DNA of 64,000 nucleotides from Enoplolaimus lenunculus (Eukaryota), in the NCBI GenBank assembly GCA_030248215.1, contig JASANG010000864.1, positions 372,001 through 436,000 of the forward strand. The letters run 5' to 3'. Of this stretch, positions 12,904 to 26,924 are shown piece after piece; position 1 is the stretch's first letter; the number at the start of each line of letters is the position of its first letter. The position numbers and the translations under genes are program-made. The notes below the pieces were generated by a model, which was not told where the DNA came from, ran no database searches, and saw only the letters and a list, made by a program, of their open reading frames with translations.

Positions 12904-14187
12904 AGTTTCACAATATCCGTCGAAATGTGAAGTGAAAAATATTCAATCAAAAAAGTATTTTTGCCAAAAAGCCCAAACAAAATCAATCTTGAACGTTTTG
13001 TAAGCCAACGGAAAAAAACCAACTTTTAGGTTTGAACGTAAAAATGGTACTGGTACCCTGGTTCTGGTTCCGTTTAGGGTTTATATAGAGGAATACAGCC
13101 TTGCCGTTTTCGGAACACCAAATCGATTTATGATCTGGCTCGCGGTTTACGGTTTGTTTATGATACTAAAACGTTGTAAAAAGTTGTGAATTTTATTCGC
13201 AAAAAGGTTTTATGATTTAAGCGCTATATATCAACTAATAGGCCCATGTATAGATTAGGGCTGGATGGTTTTCCAGAGGGGTTATAATAGAGTCAATTTA
13301 AGCTTTAGACAAATTGTTTTGCTTAGGCTAAGGCTAAGGTTTAGGCTTAGGCTTAGAAATAGGCTAATCCATACACTTAGGCTTAGGCTTAGGATTAGGA
13401 TCATGAATATCCTTATACTTCTGTTTCGGCCCTGTTCTATACAAGGGCGGCCAACTAATATATGTCAAGGAATATAATTCTAAATATTGCAGTGGTTGAA
13501 CAGCTGTTTGAAAATATACCCTGTATGAAATGGCTGGAACCTAAAAAACCCTACTTAAAGAAAAAAGTACGTTTAATAAATATAATTTATTGCCGGCGGC
13601 TCCAGTCCGCCCTAGAATAACGACCCGTGTATATGGGAATCTCTATCTATGCATATATGTGTACCGGATATGTGTATGTATAGAAATGTCGACCCATATA
13701 AAGATCAGGGGCGGAACTGTTTTTCTACGAGATTGCAATAGGGTAATCTTAAGCTTTAAACTAATTTTTGCTTAGGCTTAGGTTTAGGCTTAAGCTTTGG
13801 TATAAGCTCATTCTTAAGCTTAGGCATATGCTTAGGCTTGCGCTTAGAAATATAGTTATAATACTGTTACGGCCCTGTTCTATACATTGACCCAAATGTG
13901 TAATCGAATTTTTCGCTAATCCAAATTTTGTAAACCTACAATAGTTTTATGGACCGGTTGAAAATAGATTTGGCGTTTTAGGTGATGATATACCGAATAT
14001 TAAAATGTGTGTGTTCTACACCGCAAGCTTGACTCGTAGTCAGCTTAAACAAGCTAGAAACAGAAGGTTTCAATTTTTTAGGCCGGTCAGCTAAAATTGA
14101 ATTTACATAATTCAAAGACTAAAATTAGTTAAATTTGACATAATCATTATTTTTTTTTACAATCGCTTGCTTTATTGCTCGCAAGTT

Positions 14188-14530
14188 TCGTTCAAAATTA
14201 ATATTTCAATTTGCTATGATTTTAATATTTTTTTTGCAAATCTTCAATCATTGGCTGTTGAAATTGAATTTCGTTCCTAATGATTCTTGATATTTTTTAC
14301 TGCCTTTTGGAATATTTTATAAAAGTTAGTTTTAGTTATAAATAAAATTCTGTTCTGGTCGTTCAAAATTAATATTTCAATTTGCTGTGATTTTAATATT
14401 TTTTTGCAAATCTTCAATCATTGCTTGTTGAAATCGAATTTCGTTCCTAACGAGTCTTGATATTTTTTACTGCCTTTTGGAATATTTTATAAAATTTAAT
14501 TTTAGTTGTAAATAAAAATGCTGTTCTGGT
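14188..14530. repeat. ~171-bp direct tandem duplication
   Basis: TCGTTCAAAATTAATATTTCAATTTGCT.. at 14188 and 14359. Confidence 0.85.
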
Positions 14531-15587
14531 TTAATATATACTTTTTTCAAAACTGGTTAAAATTTTATTAATTTTTACAACACTTTGTAATCGTACGACT
14601 CATAAAATAGAACGCGCTGGGGCCTATGTTGAGACCAAATAATAATGCCAACTAACCTGACCACAAATCTGCTAAATCTGGCAAAGTAGAACGTAGTTTA
14701 TCTTTTTTCTGTTAGGTATAGCAACCAGTCAAAATATTATATTCGTAACTAAAGTGAGATATATATCTGTTATGTAAAACATATGATAATTCACGCCCAT
14801 GTTACTTTTAGAGCCATCCCGGTTACTGGTGGGTCTGTAAAAGAGTAGGCTTACATTCTAGACTACATTTTTTTGCTTAGGCTTAGGCTTAGGAATACGG
14901 TTTTGCAACTCTTAGGCTTAGGCTTAGACTTAGGCTTAGGAATACGCTTAAACTACTGTTACGCCCTTAAAAGTAACATTGGCCATAATTCGCATACAGT
15001 AGCGGATCCAGAAATTTCTGACAACGGCTCTATCAATGTTATACTAGAAAGCTTACAAAGATTACTTTTGAAAACAACATTGCCATGCGAATCAAGCGAC
15101 AAACTAGGAGTAATAGCTTATTAAAGTTAAAATAAATATTTAAAAAATAAGGATTAATAATTAGGATATCCGACAAAAGAAACAGGGCCCAGGTAAACTG
15201 GCCATCAGGGCCCATGTAAAGATCAGGGGCGGAACGTTTTACTGTTTGACTAGTGTAGAGTAAGGCTAAGCATTACACAATTTTTTTGCTTGGCTTAGAC
15301 ATAGGCTTAGGCTTAGGAATATGCTCATTGTTACGGTTAGGTTTAGGCTTAGACTTAGGTATATGCTTATAATACTGTTCCGCCTTTGTTCTTTACATTT
15401 GCCGGAAACAGTAATTTAATGCAAATGCGATAGCTAAGCTGTTGCATACAGACACGAGATTGTGTCTTCAATGTAGGTTGATTGAGAATGGGAGAAAATC
15501 ATAGTGAAACTTAAAGCCTTTTTGCAAATTGGCAGAATTTGGTTTTTAATACCTGTAAAGTGCCGCAGGCAAAATGTTTGATGTGCA

Positions 15588-18478
15588 CTAAACGCAGGAC
15601 GCTGCAGATTAGAACAGATTTGTACTGTGACACAAAATTAATCGTTTGCTAAGGTTTAGACTATTTTTTGCTTAAACTTAGGCCTAGATATAAGCTCATT
15701 CTTACGTTTAAGCTTAGGTTAAGGCTTAGGAATATGTTTATGCCATACTGTTACGGCACTGACTATACACTGGCTAAAGTTTGTAAGGAATAGATCTTAA
15801 AATACTTTTGACCAAAATCGTATCTTGAAGTTTATAGACTAAGGGCCAAAGTTTTGGCCAATGTGTAGAACAGTGCCGTAACACAAGTATAATCATATAC
15901 CCTCAGCCGAAGTCAAAGCAAAAAAATTAGTCTAAAGCTTAAGCTTACTTCATTGCAGTCTTGAAGAAAAACGTTCCGTCCCTCCTATTTACATGGGCCG
16001 AAGGTTTTTACGTTTTAAAGTTTCTCCATTACTTACAGATTTGTTATAAGCATCATAAGATAAATACATGGGTTTTAAACATAATGTGAGACCAAAATTG
16101 ACGTATTTTCATTATCGGTAGATTAGACTTTCAGATATGATTAAAGGTTCACGGATTCAGTGTTTCTTGTCAGAATGAACATGGAACTCCGTCAAATGGC
16201 TTGCATCGGCTAAAATTAGCAAAAATAAACAAATTCAACGACATAAAATACAAAAAAAATGCGTTTGACTCTGGCGGAGACGAATTTGGATCAGTTTATG
16301 TTGTCCCGTAGAGACAATTTCGGAGAGAATCAATTTGACTCACCATTTTTTGCAGTGAACATGTCAAGGTCTCATGCTTAGTTTAAAATGTTTTTAACTT
16401 TAATTTAGATAAAATGAAAGACGTATTTTAACAATACTGGTGGTAATATTTTGCATGCACAGAAACTAGGTAGGCTGTAGATTCCCCCTAAAATATAAAC
16501 TTTTACCCGTTCTTTTCGTTTAAAAATTCAAAATTTCATAGAAAACATTATTTTCAAAAATTATGAGCCTCTTAAAAACTGCTGGCCACCGCACTTCTCC
16601 AAGTACGTTTACGTTTTGCTCATAATGTATAATGACCCATGTACAGAACAGGGCCGGATCGTTTTCCGGAGGGGCTATAATAAAGTCCGTTTAATCTTTA
16701 GACTAATTTTTTTGCTTAGGCTTAGGCTTAGGCTTACGAATAGGTTCATCCATACGCTTAGGCTTAGGCTTAGGCTTAGGCTTAGGAATATGCTTATACT
16801 ACGGTGCCGGCCCTGTTCTATACATAGGCCATGTATATTTGCAACATGCAAAATTGCTAATTGCATGCGTCATACCTTCACAACTTGGCCAAACCCCGTT
16901 AAATCCGTACGTTCCACACTCAATCACGTACTCTTCGGCGTCTTTCAACTCGTCTTTATGCAACGCGTTATAAAGATGATAGCCATGATCGCAAGTGAAT
17001 CGAAGCTTTTCACCGATTTGCACAATCGTATTTCCTGGTTCCATATTGCGACCGATCACCTCGATTGTACCGTGGGCAACTGGATTCAGTATCCAACAGT
17101 GCTCTGTAAAACAAGAAATATATGAATGAAATAAAAGACTTGTTTTGCTGATTTTTCTAAGCATTCACTTTGTCGAAACAACGATTCAAAACATCGACTT
17201 CCAAATAGGAAGCTGAAGTTGAACCAAATGGCATAATTTTACTGTCTAACATACCGTTTGAGATGTAACAAATTTTGCTGATAATTTGAAATATAAATAA
17301 AGTCATAGAAACAAAATTTGTAAGGGACGCCGACTCCAAAAAATACAACTGAAGCTCAACGAAATTCCCCAATTTTACTACTTAAGATACGTTTCGAATG
17401 AAACTAGTTTTGCTGATAATATCTGAAATACATGTAGGTTTTAGAAACAAAGATTTGCAAAGAACACCGACTTCAAAATAAGAGCTAAAAGCGCGACTAC
17501 AAGCCATAATTTTACTACCTAAGATACGTTTAAGACGACAACTTTGGTCAGGGTTTACCGCAGTTCAACTCGAATTAATATTCTTAAAATTTTATTGTTT
17601 GTATTAATATGGCTAACAGGCATGATCTATGCGGAAAAAATTTCAAAGTTTTGCAGCTTTTACTAACGTTATTGTTCTGCAAAATTTACTATGGTGCCCG
17701 AAACATATGCACATTTGAACATATATTCTATGCCTCTAATCTACAGAGCCGTAACAGTAGTATAAGCATATTCCTAAGCCTAAACCTAAACGTAAACAAA
17801 AAATTAGTCTAAAGCTTGAGTTTAATTTATTGCAGTCTCGCAGAAATACTTTCCGCTCCTGAACTTTGTATGGGTCGTTTATGTGATTGAAATAATTGAC
17901 AGAACAAATGTGAAGTCAAAGATTGACTTAATTTTTAATTACAGAACTCATGGAATGTTTAAGTTTACTTCAGTTTTTAGCTTACACAAGAATAGAAACA
18001 TAGTTGAACCGATAAATATTTCATGATAAATTTGACCAATGCTTACTATAATGGCCTGCTCATTAAGAGACATGTAGACTCTGGCACTTAGAGACTGGGA
18101 AGCTTATGCTTAATCTTAGGCTTATACATCAATCAAGTAGCTGGGTTACCTTGCTACGGGAGCTAAACATTTTTCAGGAGGGGCATGCAAGCTTTATCGA
18201 TGACATACAACCAAGCTTGAAATTTTTCTAGGGTGACGCAAAATTCTTCAAGGGGGGGGCTGAGCGCCCCGACCCCCGCTCTGGCTGCTGGCCCGTAAGG
18301 CATAGGCCTATGTTTGAGCTTACGTTTAGGTTTTGTTTTTCGCTTAAGCTTAGGTTTTAGTAGACAGGTCCCTATAATTAGCATTGGTCATGCACTTACG
18401 CAATCGTGGTTCACACATTACAGTACCGAACACAGAAAAGCACAGGGTTAAGCGAAACAATTGCAAAAGATGAGACAT
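15588..18478 (-). CDS. Small secreted single Sushi/CCP-domain protein, paralog B (~106 aa)
   Basis: Exon 1 18478-18400 MSHLLQLFRLTLCFSVFGTVMCEPRL (donor GTAAGT). Exon 2 17103-16876 (228 nt, TTTACAG/GTATGA, phase 1-1) HCWILNPVAHG..FTCDHGYHL..ECGTYGFNGVWPSCE. A terminal exon 15601-15588 (CTGCAG acceptor, ASCV*) is tentative. Confidence 0.85.
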
Positions 18479-18573
18479 TTTATAAATTGATTCCACAAAC
18501 CACAAAATGTTTATATAAAAGCTAAAAAATATATTTGAATATTATTTAGCTAGAACGTATATATAACTAATTC

Positions 18574-18753
18574 GGCCCATGTTACTTTAAGCGGCGTCCA
18601 GGTTTCCTGTGGGTCTATAAAAGAGCACGTTCGGATTCTAGATTACATTTTTTCGCTTACGCTTAGGCTTAGGAACACATTTTTGTAACACTTAGGCTTG
18701 GGCTTAGGAATACGCTTAACTAGACTGTTACGCCCCATAAACTAACATTGGGT
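18574..18753. mobile_element. Merlin-like TTAGGC-bearing MITE (subfamily C), ~95 bp upstream of the Sushi paralog B ATG
   Basis: Subfamily C TIRs; 8-bp TSD ACTAATTC. Confidence 0.78.
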
Positions 18754-21135
18754 ACTAATTCCATAGATTTTACCCAGTAAATGCCTGTCAAATTTTGTAC
18801 TTGTCCATACCGTAATATACTAAGTGAGCGGCTTCAGACGGTCATTGCTAACTTAGAGAGTACAAAGATCCGTTTTAACGGCTTCTATCAAAGACAGAAG
18901 CGGATGCAGAAGAAAATGGCACACGTAAAGATCAGGGGCGTAACGTTTTTCTGTGAAACCGGAATAGACTAAAAGCTAATAGTTTAGATTAATTTTCAGC
19001 TTAGGATTAGGCTTAGGCACGAAACCCAAGCGATACTTTGACGGCAACTCGAAAACAATAGAATCCACTTAGTTGACGCTGTCCGTCTCGGGACATTTTT
19101 TGGTTTTATATTTGACAGATTTTTTTGGCTTAACATGAACGGGGGTTCGTGGACAGTGGACACCAAATGAACCCCCATGTGTGATGTTCTGTGCGATCGT
19201 TGGTCGTCGTAATTCAGTGCTAATGTTCTTCATTTTTGGCGTTGTATCAGTTAACGTTCGTTATCTTTCAAGACAAATTGATGTTGTTTTTTAAATTGGA
19301 GCCCTGAACACGTGTTTGTGCCAAACAAATACTTTAAGCTTTGAACCAAACCAACCATCCAATCATTTTACAATATTTTTAAATACCATAAATTCGGTTT
19401 GCTTGAACTATTTGTATTGGCTGACCTGAAGTCCAATCGGTCTTGATTGGTTAATTCAGTCACCAACTGAGGCTCATGTAAAGATCAGGGGCGGAACGTT
19501 TTTACGTCGGACTGTAATAGATTAAGCTTATGCTTTAGACTAATTTTTTACTTGGCTTTTAGGCTTGGGCTTAGCCTTAGGCTTAGGAATAGGGCTCATT
19601 CTTACGCCCAGGCTTAGGTTTAGGCTTAGTAATATGCTTATAATACTGCTGCGCCCGTGTTCTTTACATTGGACCCAACTGATTACATCGTTGCAGGCCC
19701 GTAGCCAGCTCACCTTGCTAAGTAGAGGTCGAAACATTTTTCAAGATGGGTATAAAAAGGTTTTCGATGACTTATAGCAGCAAGGTTAAAAATCTTCCAG
19801 AGAAACCAAGACTACTTTTTCAAGGGCTCAGCACCCGCGGCATATATAAGCAAGCAAACGACGCTATCGAGTTTTAGCTTATCTTAGACGAATTCACCAA
19901 TTTAGTGTTACATTTTTCCAATGTTACTTTAAAGGGCGTAACAGTAGATTAAGCGTATTCCAAAGCCTAATCGTATAAGTGTTGCAAAAATGTGTTCCTA
20001 AGCCTAAGCCTAAGCATAAGCCTAAGCAAGAAAATGTAATCTAGAATCTAAACCTACTCTTTTATGGACCTACCAGAAACCTGAACGCCCATTAAAGTAA
20101 CATGGGCCCAAATATTGAACTCAACGATGGATCCTCGTTTTGATAGCTGGATAAACTTGTGTCGGCAAACATTAATCAGCTTTCACAGCATTAGCTGTGC
20201 TTATATAACAAAAATATCGTCTAAAATACTATATTCCTAGAATATATAACATATAACTGTAATTGAGTCAAATATTATCGTTTATGGTGTATATGTTAAA
20301 ATCAAGCGAAGTTGTAATCTATAGATCGCAAGCGAAATCATGTGATAGTGTTATTTATGCTGTATATGGTCCATACAACTTGGATAAGCTCACAGGCAGA
20401 TTCGAGGAGGCACCCAGGTCGCCTCCCAACAATGATCAAAACCAAAAATTTGTACTATGCTTTAGTACTAAAATTGCGTTTAGCTTCTCACTCGCTTTTA
20501 GCTCGTAAGCTTTTTTCACTATTACATGTGACGGACGCGATCTCTACTCACAATGTTCAAAACGTAACGCACGCGAAAAAATGGTATTCTTACGCAAAAT
20601 GCTTTGAAAAAATTTTCTGCGTTTCGCACCAGTGGGAAACTTTCCCAGATGGGTTTCATGAAAGGGCCGATATAAAGATCAGGAGCGGAACGATTTCAGC
20701 AGGACTGCAATAGAGTAAGCTTAAAGCTTTAGACTAACTTTTTTGTTTAGCTTAGGCTAAGACAGGCTTAGGCAAGGTTTACGCTTTGGAATACGCTTAT
20801 ACTACTGCTACGGCTCTGTTCTAGGGTCTTTTCGGTTTATCCTTCCCTCCAGCCCGCGTTTGCCCAAAAGCGATCAGATGTTGAAAATTTTGGCATATTT
20901 GAGCTTCTCATGGCCTCCCCTGATCATTGCACAGCCAAATTTGTATTTTTGAAAAATTCGAATTTTTAAGGTGCAAAGGCCCCTCCTTTTGGGACCCAAA
21001 ACAATTTTGTGTCTGTCAAGCACTTTGACAAATTGTAATCATGCGATACAGCTTGCAAAGCTAAGTCCAATAGTGGTGAATTTTTTGTAATCAGACGATT
21101 GGTTAACGAGTTATTGTCAAATACCTGACTTCGCG

Positions 21136-21422
21136 CGCCGTCCGACAACTCGCCGTCCGACAACTCGCCGTCCGACAACTCGCCGTCCGACAACTCGCCG
21201 TCCGACAACTCGCTGTCCGATAACTCGACGTCCGACAACTCGCCGTCCGACAACTCGCCGTCTGACAACTTGCCGTGCGACAACTCGCCGTCCGACAATT
21301 CGCCGTCCGACAACTCGCCGTCCGACAACTCGCCGTCCGACAACTCGCCGTCCGACAACTCGCCGTCCGACAACTCGCCGTCCGACGCCTCGCCGTCCGA
21401 CAACTCGCCGTCCGACAACTTG
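21136..21422. repeat. 15-bp GC-rich minisatellite (CGCCGTCCGACAACT) x ~19
   Basis: Directly visible; generates the (GELSD)n and (RQLAV)n ORFs. Confidence 0.92.
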
Positions 21423-22074
21423 TAATTCAAAATGTCATCGATTCGACGCTTCGTCGCTCATCATTATGTTTAGGCTTAGGATTAGTATTACACTTAAAAT
21501 TATGCTTAGATATATTTATAAAATTTCACGACTCTGTTGGGCGACAAGTTGTCGGGCGACGAATTGTCGAAGATTCAATATTCGCTAATATAACATCAAT
21601 GAAGCAAGAGTTGAAGAGTTAGGCCTCACAATTAGATATAAATGTAATTAGCAAAAATGCAATAACAATTAAAACAATTGTTTATGACTGATTTAACTAT
21701 TATATAATTTCCGTTTATGTCATTATCTCATGATTAGTTTCATGAATGCCTAATAACAATAACCAATGTAAAGATCAGGGGAGGAACGTTTTTCTGTGGG
21801 ACTACAATAGAGCAAGCTTAAGCTTTAGACTAATTTTTTTGCTTGGCTTAGGCTTAGGCTTAGTAATTTGCTTATAATACTGTTCCGCCCCTGTTCTTTA
21901 CATCGGCTAGATTTATTATGAACTATGCAGCATTCTGTTTTTTGTAAACTGTTTTATGATTGGAGGGAACATAAAATTAATAACATCAATTGTTTTTTGG
22001 CAATGAAGCTTGCTCGTAACAAACAGGATCTCAGCAAAGCATTTCTTACAAGCAACAAATGTTTTTATTACATC

Positions 22075-22274
22075 GGCCCATGTAAAGATCACAGGCGGAA
22101 CGTTTTTCTATGGGACTGCAATAGAGTAAGCTTAAGGTTTAGACTATTTTTTGCCTGGCTTAGGTTTAGGCTTAGGCTTAGGCTTAGGAATATGCTCATT
22201 CTTACGCTTAGGCTTAAGCTTAGGCTTAGGAATATGCTTATAATACTGTTCCGCCCCTGTTCTTTACATTGGCC
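22075..22274. mobile_element. Merlin-like MITE carrying TTAGGC repeats (subfamily A)
   Basis: TIR GGCCCATGTAAAGATCA..GCGGAAC / GTTCCGCCCCTGTTCTTTACATTGGCC; 8-bp TSD ATTACATC. Related copies near 735-935, 10252-10420, 13690-13893, 15208-15404, 19471-19675, 21763-21908, 26450-26626, 28877-29045, 30430-30604 and 37821-38010. Confidence 0.82.
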
Positions 22275-23140
22275 ATTACATCTTATGTGGGATTTGGATT
22301 AACGCGGTACGTTTCCTGGCAGTTCTTCACTACTTAGCCCCAGAAAAAGTTTCCCCATATAACGATTACATTAAACAAGCTGGTGCTTTTAGGCTTAGAG
22401 GTACGCTTAAGTTTAGAGTCTAGGCTTAGGTTTAGCCTAAGCCTAAAACGTACAGCGTACAGGTGTTACGAGTAGGAAAATAATTAGTATAATGTGGGGT
22501 GAACTAATGACTTCTATCAAATTATAACAGTTGTGTGTGCATGAAGTAACAAGTACTCGATTTAATTATAGTCCTGAAGACACTGTCTGCCGATGTTTTA
22601 TTCAAAACGTATATTCTAATTGCTTTTTCGGGTACAGTACCAACATTTTGACCCATGTTACTTTTAAAGCAGTACCGGCATTTGGTTTGTCAGCAAAACA
22701 GTAGGCTTAGCACATTCTAGTCTACTTTTTTTGCTTAGACTTATGCTTAGGCTTATAGGTTTAGGAATACATTTTTTCAACATTCCGGATTAGGCTTAGG
22801 TATATAGGAGAGTGCTCAACCTACAAATACGACCCTAAACATAACATTGGCTAACATTTAAATTCCTACTATGCCCCCCCCTGAAACTTTAAAATGCAGG
22901 ACTGGACTGAGAATTAAAATCAGCCAAGCCATAACGATATAACACGAGACACCCCCAACTATTTAGAAAAACAATTACATAACCAACATTTTGTTTTTGT
23001 TGAGTGGCCCAAATTTCAATCGACCCACCGAGCATTTAACCGGTAAGCCACACAATCGGTCCATGGCTGAAAAACGAATCTAAACCCCTAAGCCTATGCT
23101 ATTAGGAGAAAATGCTTTAGAGCGAACAAACTCAAGCTAA

Positions 23141-23238
23141 GGGTTGCGCTATACTTTTTGACGTCGGTCGCCGTCCGTCACCCGTAACGGTCGACGCACG
23201 GTGACAGACGGCATCGGACGTCAATTATAGCACAACCC
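23141..23238. mobile_element. PIF/Harbinger (Tourist-like) MITE
   Basis: TAA|GGGTTGCGCTATA ... TATAGCACAACCC|TAA; GC-rich CGCCGTCCGTCA interior. Related copy at 37154-37410. Confidence 0.75.
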
Positions 23239-23322
23239 TAAATGTGAGCAATAGTTTGGGTTGAATTCAATTCGAACCTGTTGAACGACCACGTTTCGTT
23301 TTCGACACAAAAATTACAAAGT

Positions 23323-26300
23323 CTACACTCCACCTATCACTGAAACAAGAATTATCGATTTTGTAGCAGTTGTTGCGTAACTGCATCGTACCTTTCTTTA
23401 AGTATTTTAGTTTATTATAATACAATAAGTTAGTATTAACGCTGAAACTTGTTCAATTATATTAACCCTTTCACACATGAATATTTTCTATTTTTGCAGA
23501 CACCTAATTTCAACGTTTGTGAACGAGGAGACTTTCACGTCTTGTCAAAATTTTGTGGTAGTGCAATTTATTGTTAAACACTACTATTGTGTATTGATTG
23601 CATGTACAAAGTTTGCAATTAGTTGCGCATAGTAACACCGTATAGCCGGAAAAACGTAATATCAAACGCTCAAAAGTATCAAATGTATATTATCAATTCT
23701 TGAAAATACTCAACTCGCAAGCGGCGGTTCAACAATTTCAACCAAGCAACGATTTTGTCAGTTGTTCAAACCGAGACAAGTGACTTTTGTCTTCTAAAAC
23801 AAAAACATTCTGAAAGAAAAATTAAATTACACCAACTATCCGCAGTGCAGTAGCAGACAGGTGTGGGGGGCCTCCCACCAAACTTTAGGATGGGTCCCCC
23901 AGCGTCGCTGTGGATACAGAATTTCTCGGTGTTTGATGTGAATTTTTCAAGCTTACGCTCATGTTCGATAGCTGTGACGACACTCTTCCAAAAAACAGTT
24001 TCAAACAAAGGTTGCAACATGATGGATCTAGAAAGTGAAGCCAACTGCAAAATAGATCACACTTCGCTCGCAGCGCGAATTCTTTTTATATTTGGATTTG
24101 AAGTAGCTAAACAGCTCATATTTTAGGTAAAACCTTATACAATCTTGTTTTGCGTTAGCATTTGGCAACCTGGTGGTTATTTTAAGGTCTGTGTAGTATA
24201 AGCTATTTAGAAAAATAACTGAACGGTAGAGTACTGTCAAATAGTCGCGAGTGAGGGAAACGAAAAGCCAGACGTATTTCAAAACTTCGGCGGTTTTTGT
24301 TCAGCCGGTTAGGGTGTTGGTCCCTTTAGATGTGGGCCCCTAAATGGGGGTATGGGGCTGGTTGCTCCGACGCTGACTATCCTAAAGCGCGTCGTCTGAG
24401 ATCCTATTTCAGCGCACATTATTTGTTGCATGGGATCGCATAAGTATTTGTTAACGAGTTACCAGACTCCTGCACATACATGCCATATCGCTACTTCAAC
24501 CATTAGGGTGCATGTAAAGACTAAGGCGGAATGTTTTTCTACGGGACTGCCATAGTGTAAACTTAAGCTTCAGATTAATTTTTTGCTTAGACTTTGTCTT
24601 AGGCTTAGGCTTAGGTATAAGCGCAGTAGTACACCGTGGGGAATAATAAAAGCCCTGGATCCCTATATGGTGTTTCAGTCAATCTGTAACTCTAATGACA
24701 GTCTCTGTATTTGGATATAGCCTTAAATCTTTAATTAGAGACCATAATTGCTCGTTAATCCAGTTCGGCTACGCAAATGCTTCCTAGAATCAAGTTCAGT
24801 GCGAATTTTAGTGCTCAAAGTATATCTCGCATAGTAGCATAAACAAACATCTTTAAAAACGTAAAACTAAATCGTAGACAACGGCATAAGTTAAAGGTGT
24901 GGGGTCCAAATATTATCAAAAAAGCGGACTCGAAACAAATAACCGTCCGATCCCAAACAGCATCTAGAGGTACTCGCTAAGAAGCTGAAACAATATCAGT
25001 GACCCCGCTGTTGTTCGGGTCACTACAGTAACCACTGAATGCTTCAGTATTAAATAACCACATTCATTTTACCTTCACACAGCGGCCAATTACCATTATA
25101 CCCGTACCGACCGCATTTCAACTCGTAGCTTTCGACGTTTTTCAACAAGTCCGCGTCCAAAGGATCAAGCAAATGGAAACCCTTGTCGCAACTGAAAACA
25201 ACCGTTTCACCATATCGAACAACGGTGTCGCCAAGTTCTAAATCACGACCGACAACAGATACTGATCCATGATCAACTGGGTTGATAATGCGACAACTGA
25301 CTGAAATAAAGCTTTCACCGCCAGGATGAGGTCAATGCAACATTGGCCAATGTTACTTTAAGGGACGTAACGAGTAGATTAAGCGTATTCCGAAGCCGAA
25401 GCCTAAGCTTAAGCGTTGCAAGAATGTGTTCGTAAGCCGAAGCCTAAGCCTAAGCGTTGCAAAAATGTGTTCCTAAGCCGAAGCCTAAGCCTAAGCGTTG
25501 CAAGAATGTGTTCCTAAGCCGCAGCCTAAGCCTAAGCGTTGCAAAAATGTGTTCCTAAGCCGAAGCCTAAGCCTAAGCGTTGCAAGAATGTGTTCCTAAG
25601 CCTAAGCCTAAGCAAAAAATGTAATCTAGAATCTATACCTACTCCTTTACGGACCCACCAGAAACCTGCATGCCCCTTAAAGTAACATGGGCCGCAACGT
25701 TTATGGGGGGTGGATCATTGGGGTTGCGGGGTGGCTTGTTTTTAATTATCGAGCATGAATATAAACTATATTTGGCACGTGGAACAAATTTACTAAATTA
25801 CGTCTACTGTATAAATTATTTTGTGCAATTTTAAGACGTTTCAATTTTAAAGTTGAAAAATTTAGCAAAACAACCCCCCGTATTAACGGTTTCAGCGCAT
25901 CTACACTTGCCTTTCATTTGCGCATAGGCTTAGGCTCAGGTTTACGAAATGATATGCCTATGTCTAAGCTTAGCCTATAAGCACCTGCATAAGCCTGAAC
26001 CGAAGCCTAATTTTGAAAATTAAATGCTACAGAAAGTCTGATTTAGTCGTTTTGAGAAATCTAATTTGTTTGGGGGCTAATGTGCACATAAAATAAATTG
26101 TATTGAAATTTCAAGACTCCTGCTTTCTTATATTCTCAAGGCGTTAATGTCTTGTATTTCAGACATTAGTAGGCTTAAGTAGCTCAGCAATTTGTGGCTA
26201 CAATGGTTAAAACATAAATGTCTTATATTCAAGAAATCGCTATTGCCAATTTATAAGACACATATTTTTTCCTTTCAAGAAATAGTTGTCTTATATTTAA

Positions 26301-26816
26301 GAATTAATTTTCTGATTTTTACGTACGTAAAAAAGTTGCTCCGTTTATATAAAACTCTGAAATTCAAGACATATATGTCTGGAGTCTGGATTAGGAGATA
26401 ATTGTCTTAAATTTCAAACAATATTTCTTCAATACAAGACAATTTATTCTGTGTGTTTAAAACAGGGCCGTAACAGTACTATCAGCATATTCCTAAGCCC
26501 GAGCCTAAACCTTGAACGCAAGAACCCATAGCTAAGCCTAAGCCTAAGCAAAAAAATGTCTAAAGCTTAAGCTTCTCTATTACAGTCCCACAGAAAAACG
26601 TTCCGCCCCTGATCTTTACATGGGCCAGCAAAAGGAATGAAACTTTTTGCCTTTTCAAAAAGTTAACTTGAACCAGGATAAGAAGGATATAATTTTATTT
26701 TCTGAGCTTTATTTGTATACTGGTGATGAATAATGCTTACTTCGTGGTTCGGGATTGCTAAACTGTAGTATAGTAATGAGGATTAACGTTTGAAGCATAA
26801 TCAAACAACAAGCCAT
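23323..26816 (-). CDS. Small secreted single Sushi/CCP-domain protein, paralog C (~106 aa); absent from the ORF track
   Basis: Exon 1 26816-26741 MACCLIMLQTLILITILQFSNPEPR (donor GTAAGC). Exon 2 25300-25073 (228 nt, TTTCAG/GTAAAA) SCRIINPVDHGSVSVVGRDLELGDTVVRYGETVVFSCDKGFHL..KCGRYGYNGNWPLCE. A terminal exon 23339-23323 (TTTCAG, VIGGV*) is tentative. Confidence 0.85.
25345..25693. mobile_element. Subfamily C MITE with internal tandem expansion
   Basis: TIRs intact; TSD GCAACATT/GCAACGTT; internal ~42-bp unit (GCCGAAGCCTAAGCCTAAGCGTTGCAARAATGTGTTCCTAA) repeated five times. Confidence 0.8.
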
Positions 26817-26924
26817 ATTTTAATTATTTTAACAGTAATAATGCCACTTAAAAATGAATCTGCAATAGACACATTTTAATTATAAGGACCTACCCGTTAA
26901 GCCTAAAGGCAAGACTACACGTTA

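Noticed and set aside
20966..21622. ORFs encoding (GELSD)n and (RQLAV)n
   Set aside because: They are translations of a 15-bp minisatellite on both strands, with no splice context or domain.
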